From positions 1 to 64,000 of the forward strand of contig JBGAML010000004.1 of the NCBI GenBank assembly GCA_044223005.1: a stretch of DNA of 64,000 bases, in the 5' to 3' direction. Both the position numbers and the translations under genes were made by a program. The stretch's first letter is position 1. Each line of letters starts with the position of its first letter. Source of the DNA: Candidatus Eiseniibacteriota bacterium (lineage in GTDB: Bacteria; Eisenbacteria; RBG-16-71-46). Positions 28,067 through 36,706 of this stretch are shown piece by piece. The notes below the pieces were generated by a model. That model was not told where the DNA came from and did no database searches. It saw only the letters and a program-made list of their open reading frames with translations.

Positions 28067-28095
28067 TGGCCGGTCCGCCCGGAGCGGACCGGCCA
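28067..28095 (-). terminator. Stem-loop after precursor peptide gene A
   Basis: Perfect 12-bp stem TGGCCGGTCCGC/GCGGACCGGCCA; no U-tract. Confidence 0.45.
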
Positions 28096-28149
28096 TCGGG
28101 GACTGCGAAGGACGCGGGCTGCGGGCCTCCCCGCGCGGTCCGCCTGCGA

Positions 28150-28284
28150 TCACACGGCGCTGACGGGGCCCCCGCTGCTGCTGTAGTAGACGTCGCCACC
28201 GAGGGACGTGTGCTGCGCACGCGCTTCGACCTCGACGGCCTGCAGGGCCTGGAACAGCTCGATCGAATCCGGACGACGATCCAT
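28150..28284 (-). CDS. Putative RiPP precursor peptide A, 44 aa: MDRRPDSIELFQALQAVEVEARAQHTSLGGDVYYSSSGGPVSAV
   Basis: GGAGGA RBS; conserved leader motif. Confidence 0.82.
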   Translation of the reverse strand: MDRRPDSIELFQALQAVEVEARAQHTSLGGDVYYSSSGGPVSAV

Positions 28285-28390
28285 GACGTTTCCTCCGCAG
28301 GAGAGAGTGCAGCCAGCGTGCGGATCGTGACGATCCGCGGTGGAACGAATGGCGAGGAAAGCGCAGCTCAGGGATAATTTCAAACGGCCG

Positions 28391-29644
28391 CTACTCGCCG
28401 TAAAACGCCTCGCCGGGCGGCGCCTTCTCGGCGTGCACGCGCGGCGGCAGTTGCGTGTCCGGACCCCACGCCGCGGCCGTCGGCGCGGACCAGCTCGACT
28501 CGAAGGCCTTGAGCGCCTGCTTCGTGAGCACGGGGTCGTGGATCGTCAGTCCGATATTGCGCGTCTCGAAGAAGTAGCTGGGCTCCCAGTTGCTGGTCCC
28601 GATCCACAGCCATTCGCCGTCCACGGTCATGTACTTGCAGTGCTCCACGCGGGCGAAGGGGATGTAGCCACCCTTCCACTCGGGCACGCGCGAGATCTTC
28701 ACCGCAACGCCGTGCGCCGCGAGGTCGCGGAGCGCGGGTTCGTTGTTGCCGCCCAGCGCCCAGTCCGAGACCACCAGCCGCACCTTCACGCCCCGCGCGG
28801 CCGCCGCGATCAGGGCACGGTGCAGTGTCGAGTCCGCGCCGCCGCGCTGCCGGACGCCGTACTGCAGCACCTGGACCGTCACGCTCTGCCGCGCGGCCGC
28901 GAGGCGCTGCACGATGAGGTCGCGATCCCACGGGGTCCCGGCCGGCGTCGTGCCCTTCGGGCTCGCGCCCAGCCACACTTCCACGTCGCGTCCCGGGGCC
29001 TGCGTCACGCGCAGCGGCCACGTCGCACCCGAGGGCAGGCCGACCACGAACGGCTGCGTCGTGTCCGCCGCCGCCCAGTCGCTCAGGAAGATCGAGCGGA
29101 TCGCGGTGGCGAGCCGCGGATCTCGGACGCGGATGCCCATCTCGTGGATGTGCGAGAGCGAGCGCCAGTCGAGGTTCTGGCTGCCGAGCCAGGCTTCGGA
29201 GCCGTCGACGACGAAGAACTTGGCGTGCTGCACGCCGCCCGCGAGCCGGCGGTAGTCGATGCGGCGCACGAGCACGTTGGGCAGCGTGGCGAGCGAGTCC
29301 GCCCACTGCGGGTAGGTGCGGCCCATGTTGGCGTCGATCAGCAGCCGGATCGACACGCCGCGCGCGCTGGCACGGCCGAGCGCGTCGAAGACGGGCTGCA
29401 GGGCCTCGCCCCGCCGGTGCGAGAAGTAGAACTCCTCGATGTCGAGCGTGCCGCGGGCGTGGTCGATCATGTCGACCCACACCGACCCCGCGGACGGCAG
29501 TTCGGGGTTGCCGAGCTTCGTGTCGATCGGGCGCGTCTCGCCCAGTTCGAGGGCGGGCGGGGGAGTGGAGGCGCGGCCGGCGGCGGCGGCCAGCGCGGGA
29601 AGCAGCAGGAGGGCGGCGAAGGTCATTCGGAGCGACAGGCGCAT
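28391..29644 (-). CDS. Secreted phospholipase D superfamily protein
   Basis: Signal peptide; two HKD motifs, HAKFFVVD…GSQN and HCKYMTVD…GTSN. Confidence 0.9.
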   Translation of the reverse strand: MRLSLRMTFAALLLLPALAAAAGRASTPPPALELGETRPIDTKLGNPELPSAGSVWVDMIDHARGTLDIEEFYFSHRRGEALQPVFDALGRASARGVSIRLLIDANMGRTYPQWADSLATLPNVLVRRIDYRRLAGGVQHAKFFVVDGSEAWLGSQNLDWRSLSHIHEMGIRVRDPRLATAIRSIFLSDWAAADTTQPFVVGLPSGATWPLRVTQAPGRDVEVWLGASPKGTTPAGTPWDRDLIVQRLAAARQSVTVQVLQYGVRQRGGADSTLHRALIAAAARGVKVRLVVSDWALGGNNEPALRDLAAHGVAVKISRVPEWKGGYIPFARVEHCKYMTVDGEWLWIGTSNWEPSYFFETRNIGLTIHDPVLTKQALKAFESSWSAPTAAAWGPDTQLPPRVHAEKAPPGEAFYGE

Positions 29645-29772
29645 GCGGGCCTCGGGAGTCCTCGGTTCGGGTGGAACGGTGGAGCCGGTTGCAGTTTACT
29701 CCCGGGCCCCGCCGGGCGCCGCCCGGCCGGGCGCGGCCGGCGGCCGCGTCCCGACGCTCGTCCGGAGATCCC

Positions 29773-30492
29773 ATGCCGACCCTGCTCGATACGCTCTTCG
29801 CACTCGTCGTCGTGATCGGACTCGCCGCGCGCGCATGGACCGGGATGCGGCGGCTGCGCGCGCAGCCGGAGGCGGGCCTCCCCGCGGCCCGGCGGCGGGC
29901 GTGGGCGCGTGCGATCGCGTCGCAGTGGGGACTCGTCGCGGTGCTCGTCGCGATGTGGATCGCCCGCGGCCGGTCGTGGAGCGGGCTCGGCGTGGTCGCG
30001 CACGCGGGCTACGGGCTCGCGGGTGTCGCGATCGGCACCGCGATCCTGTTCGCGATGCTGGCCGCGCAGCGCCGGCAACTGGCCGCGAACGGCGACCTGC
30101 GCGCCCGCGTGCGCGAACGGCTCGCGAACGTGCAGGCGCTCATGCCGGCGTCGCGCGCCGAGTGGCCCGGCTTCGCGTCGCTCGCGCTCACGGCCGGGAT
30201 CTGCGAGGAGCTGCTTTTCCGCGGCTTCCTCACCTGGTACCTCGCGCACTTCCTCGGCGCGTTCTGGCAGGTGGTGCTGCTGCAGGCCGCGACCTTCGGG
30301 CTCGCGCACGCGTACCAGGGTCCGCGCGGGATCCTCGCGACGGGCTTCGTCGGCCTGTTCATGGCCCTGGTCGTGTGGGTGACGGGCTCGATCTGGGCCG
30401 CCATGGCGCTGCATGCGCTGATCGACCTGCACGCGGGCGACCTCTCGCTGCGCGTGCGCGAAACGGACGCGGCGGCGGGCGCCGGCGCGTGA
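29773..30492 (+). CDS. CPBP (CAAX/Abi) family intramembrane metalloprotease
   Basis: AGICEELLFRG, FGLAHAYQG, AMALHALID. Confidence 0.9.
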   Translation: MPTLLDTLFALVVVIGLAARAWTGMRRLRAQPEAGLPAARRRAWARAIASQWGLVAVLVAMWIARGRSWSGLGVVAHAGYGLAGVAIGTAILFAMLAAQRRQLAANGDLRARVRERLANVQALMPASRAEWPGFASLALTAGICEELLFRGFLTWYLAHFLGAFWQVVLLQAATFGLAHAYQGPRGILATGFVGLFMALVVWVTGSIWAAMALHALIDLHAGDLSLRVRETDAAAGAGA

Positions 30493-31922
30493 GCCGCCCG
30501 GCGGACGTCGCGGCCGGGCCGCCGCCGGTACGGCGGGCGCTGCTCGGGCTCGCGCTGCCGATCCTCGCGTCGCTGGCCCTGCGGCTGGCGTTCCAGTGGG
30601 TCGACGCGCTGTGGGTGCGCGGGCTCGGCACGCGCGCGACGGCGGCGATCACGACCTCGGTGTTCGTGATGTGGAGCGTGCTGGCGCTCAACGACGTCTT
30701 CGGGATCGGCATCAGCGCGTACGTGAGCCAGCTCGTCGGCGCGGGCGAGCGCCGGCGCGCGGGCGTGGCCGCGTGGAAGGGCGTGCGGGCCTCGGCGCTG
30801 CTGGGCCTCGTCGGCACGGCGGTCGCGCTGTTCGCCGCGCGCCGCATCTTCACGATCATGGATCCCACCGGGAACGTGGTGGAGGAGGGCACCGCCTACC
30901 TGCGCGTGGTGCTCGCCGCCGCACCGCTGCTCATGGTGAGCGAATCCTGCCAGGGCATCATGCGCGCCGCGGGCGACAGCCGGACGCCGTTCCTCGTCGA
31001 CGCCGCCGCGATCGCGCTCAACGCCGCGCTCGCACCGCTGCTCATCTACGGCATCGGGCCGTTCCCGCGGCTCGGCGTCGCGGGCGCGGCGTGGGCGACC
31101 GTGACCGCTCAGGTCGTGATGGTCGCGGCGTTCGCGACGCTGGCCGCGCGGCGGCACCCGTCGCTGCCGCTGGCGCGCCACGCCGAGGGTCCGCCCGTGC
31201 GCATCGCCGGCATGGCGCGCGTCGGCGCCCCGGCCGCGTTCATCGGCGTGCTCTTCTCGGCGGTCTACGTCGCGTTCACGCGCTCGGCGTCGGCGCAGGG
31301 CGCCGCGGCGGTCGCGGTCGTCGGGATCGGCAACCGGCTCGAGGCGATCCAGTTCGTGCTCTCGCTCGCGCTCGGACTCGCGGGTGCGAGCCTGCTCGGA
31401 CGCAGCCTCGGCGCCGGCGACACCGCGCGCGCGGAGGCCGTGCTGCGGACCGGGCAGCGCTGGGCGCTCGGCGTCTCGCTCGCGCTCATGGTGGTCTTCC
31501 TGGGCGCCCCCGGAATGCTGCTCTCGGTATTCACGTCCGACCCCGAGGTCGCGCGGCTCGGGATCCCGTACCTGCGCGTGCTCGCGTTCACGCTGCCGTT
31601 CACGGCCATGGAGATCACGACCGCCGAGACCGTCATGGGCTCGGGGCACACGTCGGTGCTCTCCTGGATCTACACGCTCGTTTCGCTGGCGCGCATCCCG
31701 CTGGCGTTCCTGGTCCCGGCGTGGACCGGCTCGGGCGTGATCGGGATCGTCTGGCTCATCACGATCTCGTGCATGCTGCGCACGATCGCGATCCTCGCCT
31801 GGGTGGCCCGGGGCCACTGGCGCAGCGGCCTGGCGCGCGAACTGCACGGGGATGCGGCGGCGGCCGCGGACGCTCCCCGCCCGGGTTCCGGCCCGGATGC
31901 CGGGACGCCCGGAGTCGACTAG
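30489..31922 (+). CDS. MATE family efflux transporter
   Basis: LALPIL…VDALWVRGLG; RAAGDSRTP; LGVAGAAWATV; GTGA overlap with CPBP. Confidence 0.88.
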   Translation: MSRPADVAAGPPPVRRALLGLALPILASLALRLAFQWVDALWVRGLGTRATAAITTSVFVMWSVLALNDVFGIGISAYVSQLVGAGERRRAGVAAWKGVRASALLGLVGTAVALFAARRIFTIMDPTGNVVEEGTAYLRVVLAAAPLLMVSESCQGIMRAAGDSRTPFLVDAAAIALNAALAPLLIYGIGPFPRLGVAGAAWATVTAQVVMVAAFATLAARRHPSLPLARHAEGPPVRIAGMARVGAPAAFIGVLFSAVYVAFTRSASAQGAAAVAVVGIGNRLEAIQFVLSLALGLAGASLLGRSLGAGDTARAEAVLRTGQRWALGVSLALMVVFLGAPGMLLSVFTSDPEVARLGIPYLRVLAFTLPFTAMEITTAETVMGSGHTSVLSWIYTLVSLARIPLAFLVPAWTGSGVIGIVWLITISCMLRTIAILAWVARGHWRSGLARELHGDAAAAADAPRPGSGPDAGTPGVD

Positions 31923-31968
31923 ACTGTCCGTCTTTCGCGGGCCACGCCGAGGGGGACGAGACGCATCC

Positions 31969-33174
31969 ATGCACTACCGCTACGTGATCGTCGGGGGCGG
32001 CATCGCCGGTGCCGCCGCCATCGAGGGCCTCCGCGCGCACGACCGCGAGGGCAGCATCCTCCTGCTGTCGCGCGAGAATCACCTGCCGTACCGGCGCGCA
32101 CCGCTGTCCAAGGACGTGTGGCGCGGCGAATACGACCTCGAGCAGCTCTCGCTGCACGCGGCCGCGTTCTACGACGAGCATCGCGTCGAGGTGCGGCTCC
32201 GCCGCGAGATCGTCGAGCTCGACGCCGAGCACAAGGTGCTCTGGGACGAGCGCGGGGACAGCGTCGGGTTCGGGGACGCCCTGCTCTGCACCGGCTGCCG
32301 GCCGCGACGGCTGCACGCCGCGGGCGCCGAGACCTCGGGCGTGCGCTACTACCGCGACCTCGAGGACTACCTCGACCTCGAACACCGGCTGCGCCACGTG
32401 CAGCACGTGACGATCGTCGGCGGGCACTTCACCGCGGTCGAGATGACGACGTCGCTGCGGGCGATCGGCAAGGAAGTGACGCTGATCTTTCCGGAAGATT
32501 ACCCGCTGCACCGCATGCTCCCGCGCGATCTCGGCGAAGGACTCGTCGACTACCTGCGCCGGCTCGACGTCGAGACCGTCTCGGGCGACACGCTCGTACA
32601 GGTGAACGAGACCGGCGAGTTCCTGCACGCGAAGACCTACAACGGCAACGACCTCACCACGCAGCTGATCCTCGTCGACCAGGGCGGCGAACCGCTCGCC
32701 GAACTCGCCGACGCCGCCGGGCTCGAGACCGACGATGGCATCGTCGTGGACGAGTACGGCCGCAGCTCGCGCCCCGGCCTGTGGGCCGCGGGCGACGTGG
32801 CCGAGTTCCCGTACCTCGCGCTCGGGCAGCTGATGCGCGTCGAAGGCAGCGACCACGCCGAGCACCATGGCCGCACGGTCGGCGCCAACATGGCCGGCGC
32901 CAACGCGCCCTACACGCACATGCCCCGCAAGTGGTTCGACGTGGGTGACCTGCACTTCGAGGGCGTCGGCGAGCTCTCGAGCCGTGTGGATCACCAGGAC
33001 GTCTGGCTCGAGCCGGGCCAGGAAGGCGTGGTCTTCTACCTGCGCGACGACGTGGTGCGCGGCGTGCTGCTCTGCAACGTGCCGGACCGCATCGAATGGG
33101 CACGCGCGCTCATCCGCGAGGGCCGGCCGATGTCGTCCGCCGACCGCGCCGCCCTGCTCGCGCCCCAGCGCTGA
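31969..33174 (+). CDS. FAD-dependent pyridine nucleotide-disulfide oxidoreductase (ferredoxin reductase-like)
   Basis: YVIVGGGIAG, PYRRAPLSK, LLCTG, GIVVDEYGRSSRPGLWAAGDVA. Confidence 0.85.
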   Translation: MHYRYVIVGGGIAGAAAIEGLRAHDREGSILLLSRENHLPYRRAPLSKDVWRGEYDLEQLSLHAAAFYDEHRVEVRLRREIVELDAEHKVLWDERGDSVGFGDALLCTGCRPRRLHAAGAETSGVRYYRDLEDYLDLEHRLRHVQHVTIVGGHFTAVEMTTSLRAIGKEVTLIFPEDYPLHRMLPRDLGEGLVDYLRRLDVETVSGDTLVQVNETGEFLHAKTYNGNDLTTQLILVDQGGEPLAELADAAGLETDDGIVVDEYGRSSRPGLWAAGDVAEFPYLALGQLMRVEGSDHAEHHGRTVGANMAGANAPYTHMPRKWFDVGDLHFEGVGELSSRVDHQDVWLEPGQEGVVFYLRDDVVRGVLLCNVPDRIEWARALIREGRPMSSADRAALLAPQR

Positions 33175-33185
33175 GCCCCGCACCG

Positions 33186-33232
33186 GAAACGATCGCGCCC
33201 CGGAGCCGAAGCTCCGGGGCGCGTCGCGTTTC
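33186..33232. terminator. Bidirectional terminator between convergent genes
   Basis: 13-bp stem CGCGCCCCGGAGC-CGAA-GCTCCGGGGCGCG (33194-33223) flanked by GAAAC and GTTTC. Confidence 0.65.
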
Positions 33233-33248
33233 GGATCCTGCGATCCGG

Positions 33249-35459
33249 TCAGAAGCGCCGGGTCGCCGACACCTGGAACCGGTGCGCCTTGTACTCGGAC
33301 CGGTTGGTGCCCAGGAAGATTCCCGACGCCGCCGTGCCGACGTTCGTCGGGTTCACGTTCAGGTACGGGATGCCCTGCGACAGCGGATCCTGGTAGTCGT
33401 ACTGCGTGAAGCCGTACGTGCAGCCCAGGTCCACCTGCGGCGTGTAGTGCCAGCAGGCCGACAGCGCCACGTCGTGCGTGCGGCTGAACGACGGGGCGAG
33501 GTTGATGGCCGTGGTCGACGCCACGTTCGCCAGGATGATGCCCGAGGCGCTGGGCTTGATCACGTGCGCGAAGTCGTACGTCATGAAGTCACGGATGAAC
33601 GTGTACTCCGCGGAGATCTGGAGCTTCTTGGGCTGCGCCCACCAGTCCAGGCGGGCGAAACCGTAGTTGCTCTTGTCCTCGAGGATCGCCGTCCACGGCG
33701 CCACCGACGACGTGTCGCTGATGCCCGCGTTCGGGTTCTCGATCGACGACTGCTCCGGCTTCTGGTCGCCGTAGCCGAAGCCGCCGGTCAGGTCGACGAA
33801 CTTGTTGGCGTGCCACGTGGCCTCGCCGAGGAACTGCGTGTTCTCCACGGACTTCAGGCCGTACGACGTGTCCTTGTAGTCGTCCTTGTTCCACCAGCCC
33901 GACACCGCGACGTCCAGCCACTCGACGCCCGACCAGCTGATCTGGCCGTCGAGCTTGCTCTGGTCGCGATCCGCCACGTCGTAGCGGCGGAAGCTGGACC
34001 ACTCGCCGCCGGCGTACGCGGCGACGTCGAACGAGTCCATGCGGCGCTGGCCGACCGTGTAGCCGACCGACGCCTCGGTCCCGTCGATGGGACGCGCGTG
34101 CAGCTTGGCGCCGAACACGTTCTCGGCGTCCTTGGTGACCTCGCGCCACTCGGGCAGCTCGCGCATGCGGTGCTCGACGAGCACCGACACGTCGACCTGG
34201 GGGGTGAGCGAATAGTCGCCGTCGAAGCCGAACACGGTCCGGGTGTTGCTGAACTCCTCGTTCTCCGTCGCCGTCCGCGCCCACGCCTGGTCGTAGTTCA
34301 CGAACCCATAGGGCAGGTCGAGCACCGGCGTCTTGTCCTCGGTCTTCTCCTGGCGGAAGCGCAGCGTGCCGTAGAAGTTCGCGATCGGACGGCCGCTCAC
34401 GCGGTAGTCCTGGACGAGCGTCGTGATCTTGCCGTCGAGGTTGCCCCGCTCCAGGGCGAGCGAGTCGGTGCCCACGCGGCTGCGGACGAGGATCGTGTCG
34501 TTCACGGTCATCGGGAGGAAGTCCTGCTTCTGCGTCGTCTGGCTCATCCCGATCGTCGCGGTGAACGTGGAGGCGTACGGCAGCCGCCACGAACCGACGA
34601 CGTTCGCATGCACGACGTCGTTGTCCGGCGCCGTGGACATCGCGTTCACGGCCGACCGGTTGTTGTACGTCGTGTTGAAGACCTTGAAGTTGTCGAAGCG
34701 GATCGAGGTGATGCGGTTGTGGAAGCTCGACATGCCCGCCGTCACCATCACGCGGCCGGGACCGTGCGTCCACGTGCCGCTCGCATCCACGTCGATCGTG
34801 CGGTTGTCGATCGGGGCCGGAAGCTCGACCGCCGGACCGCCGGGGCCGCCGAGCGTCGCACCCAGCGCCTGCGAACCGGTGTGCTCGCGATCCGTCGCGC
34901 GGACCTCGAACTGCCAGTCCTTCACCGGACGCCCGCGCAGCCGGACCTTCGTCACGTCCGTCTGCGAGGCCAGCGCCACGCCGGGCGACTGGTTCCGGAG
35001 CAGGTCGTAGAGCGCCTTGTTCTGCGCCGGGTTGGCCGCCGACTGCGTCAGGTTCTGCAGCGTGCGCTGCAGCGAATCCGACAGCGTGAACACGCCGCGG
35101 ACGTTCTGCGCGTAGGGGCTCCGCGCCACGTCGCTGAAGCGGTGCGGCACGGCGTTGAAGGCGGCGTCGAGCCGCCAGCTCACGCCCTTGGCGACGAACA
35201 TTTCGTTCGACTGGTCGTTGCGGGACGGTGCACTGCCCCACACCGCGCCGGCCCACGAGCCCTTCGACTGGCGCAGGACGTAATCGGCCAGGTACGCGCC
35301 GCGCGGCAGGTCGCGATACTCGCGGAACTTCGCTTCGGGGTTGTCCTGGGTCCAGAAGCCGCCGCCGAACGTCACGCTGCCGTCCGACTGCGCCCACGAC
35401 TGGCTCACGGCAAGAAGCGACGCCGCGAGCACCACCATCGAGATGATACGCGCTCTCAT
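33249..35459 (-). CDS. MtrB/PioB family outer membrane beta-barrel
   Basis: Signal peptide; AKFREYRD, ELPAPIDNRT, APDN, RRYDVADRD motifs; C-terminal Phe; immediately downstream of a decaheme cytochrome. Confidence 0.85.
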   Translation of the reverse strand: MRARIISMVVLAASLLAVSQSWAQSDGSVTFGGGFWTQDNPEAKFREYRDLPRGAYLADYVLRQSKGSWAGAVWGSAPSRNDQSNEMFVAKGVSWRLDAAFNAVPHRFSDVARSPYAQNVRGVFTLSDSLQRTLQNLTQSAANPAQNKALYDLLRNQSPGVALASQTDVTKVRLRGRPVKDWQFEVRATDREHTGSQALGATLGGPGGPAVELPAPIDNRTIDVDASGTWTHGPGRVMVTAGMSSFHNRITSIRFDNFKVFNTTYNNRSAVNAMSTAPDNDVVHANVVGSWRLPYASTFTATIGMSQTTQKQDFLPMTVNDTILVRSRVGTDSLALERGNLDGKITTLVQDYRVSGRPIANFYGTLRFRQEKTEDKTPVLDLPYGFVNYDQAWARTATENEEFSNTRTVFGFDGDYSLTPQVDVSVLVEHRMRELPEWREVTKDAENVFGAKLHARPIDGTEASVGYTVGQRRMDSFDVAAYAGGEWSSFRRYDVADRDQSKLDGQISWSGVEWLDVAVSGWWNKDDYKDTSYGLKSVENTQFLGEATWHANKFVDLTGGFGYGDQKPEQSSIENPNAGISDTSSVAPWTAILEDKSNYGFARLDWWAQPKKLQISAEYTFIRDFMTYDFAHVIKPSASGIILANVASTTAINLAPSFSRTHDVALSACWHYTPQVDLGCTYGFTQYDYQDPLSQGIPYLNVNPTNVGTAASGIFLGTNRSEYKAHRFQVSATRRF

Positions 35460-35469
35460 GGCATGCCTC

Positions 35470-36387
35470 CTATCGGACGAACGTCTTGCCGGACGGGTGG
35501 TTGGAACCGTGGATCATGGAATGGCAGTTCAGGCACGACCGGTTCATCGTCGTGATCGCTCCCGTGTTCACGTCCGTCTGGTCCCGCAGCTGCGACGGGT
35601 GACGCGCCGCGTCGTGGCAGCGGTTGCAGAGGAACGGCGTGCGCGCGACGAGCATGCGGCTGTTGTTCGAGCCGTGCGCGTCGTGGCAGGTCATGCAGTT
35701 CTCGCGCACCGGCGCGTGCTCCCAGAGGAACGGCCCGCGCTTGTCGGCGTGGCAGCTCTCGCAGAGCTCCTGCGTCGAGAGGGCGCGCACCTGCTTGGGC
35801 CCCGCGGTACCGTGCGGATTGTGGCAGTCGCCACAGGTCAGGCCGTTGCCGCCGATCGGCATGTGGGCGGACTTGCCCATCGCCAGGTGGTTGGCCTTGT
35901 GGCAGGTGAGACAGAGCTTCGTGGTGTCCTCGGCCTTGAGGTTCCGCGCGTGGCCGGGGTCCTTGCTGTCGTGGATGCTGTGGCAGCTGATGCACGACAC
36001 GCCCTTGCGCTCGTGCGCGCTGTGCTGCCAGTAGAACTGCTCGCCCGCGTTGTGGCAGGCGGTGCAGGTGGCGTTGGCCTGGTCGGCCGGGAGCTTGTCG
36101 GGCTTCACGATCGTCGCGAAGCCGGGGTCCTTCGTGTCGCCCGCGGCGGCCACGTGGGCCGAGCCCGGCCCGTGGCACGACTCGCAGCCCATCTTCTCGG
36201 ACAGCGCGGCACCATCGGATTCCGCGCGGCCGTGTGAGGTCGTCAGGTACTGCGCGTACTCCTTCTGGTGGCAGTCCTTGCACGCTTCGGATCCGGCCAT
36301 CGTCGGCGCGGACCAGGCGGGCAGGGCACTCACCATCAGGAGCGACGAACCGAGCAGTGCTGCACGCAGCGTCCAGCTTCGTCGCAT
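35470..36387 (-). CDS. DmsE/MtrA/PioA family periplasmic decaheme cytochrome c
   Basis: Ten CxxCH motifs (CKDCH, CESCH, CTACH, CISCH, CLTCH, CGDCH, CESCH, CMTCH, CNRCH, CLNCH); KRGPFLWEHAPVRENC and IHGSNHPSG signatures. Confidence 0.94.
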   Translation of the reverse strand: MRRSWTLRAALLGSSLLMVSALPAWSAPTMAGSEACKDCHQKEYAQYLTTSHGRAESDGAALSEKMGCESCHGPGSAHVAAAGDTKDPGFATIVKPDKLPADQANATCTACHNAGEQFYWQHSAHERKGVSCISCHSIHDSKDPGHARNLKAEDTTKLCLTCHKANHLAMGKSAHMPIGGNGLTCGDCHNPHGTAGPKQVRALSTQELCESCHADKRGPFLWEHAPVRENCMTCHDAHGSNNSRMLVARTPFLCNRCHDAARHPSQLRDQTDVNTGAITTMNRSCLNCHSMIHGSNHPSGKTFVR

Positions 36388-36652
36388 CGGCTTCCTCCTT
36401 CCCGGGAGGTTGAGGGGAAACTCGCTGGCTGGCGCGCCCGCGCGTCTCCGTGAATGATCGAAGCGAGAGTCCGTATTACTACTGAGGGACTACGGCAAGC
36501 TACGGCCAACGCAAGGTTTCTCACGATGGTCCATAGGTGGCAATCGCTTGCAGGCGAACGAATTCCAATATCGTTCGGGACAAATGCCGGCGAATGCGGC
36601 AGTTGATCCGAAGAGATCGCGACAGAGCGATCGATTGCGGCGCGTGCGCACG

Positions 36653-36687
36653 AAAAAAACAGGGCGGGCACTCGCGTGCCCGCCCTG
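36653..36687 (-). terminator. Intrinsic terminator after the response regulator
   Basis: 12-bp stem CAGGGCGGGCAC/GTGCCCGCCCTG followed by T7 on the minus strand. Confidence 0.8.
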
Positions 36688-36706
36688 CGTGTGGCTTCGG
36701 ATCGGC

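Noticed and set aside
27516..28284. Three-fold repeated sequence (GAACAGCTCGA… units) as a CRISPR array or non-coding repeat
   Set aside because: The units are about 300 nt apart, imperfect, each lies in frame behind an RBS, and no cas genes are present. They are better explained as paralogous peptide genes.
25376..28284. Assignment to a known RiPP class (lanthipeptide, lasso peptide, ranthipeptide, daptide)
   Set aside because: No LanB/C/M, lasso cyclase, radical SAM, YcaO or daptide oxidase/aminotransferase genes are nearby, and the peptides do not end in Thr.
36538..36552. sigma54 promoter (TGGCAATCGCTTGCA) near mtrA
   Set aside because: The GG-GC spacing is one base short of the -24/-12 consensus and it points away from the cytochrome gene.
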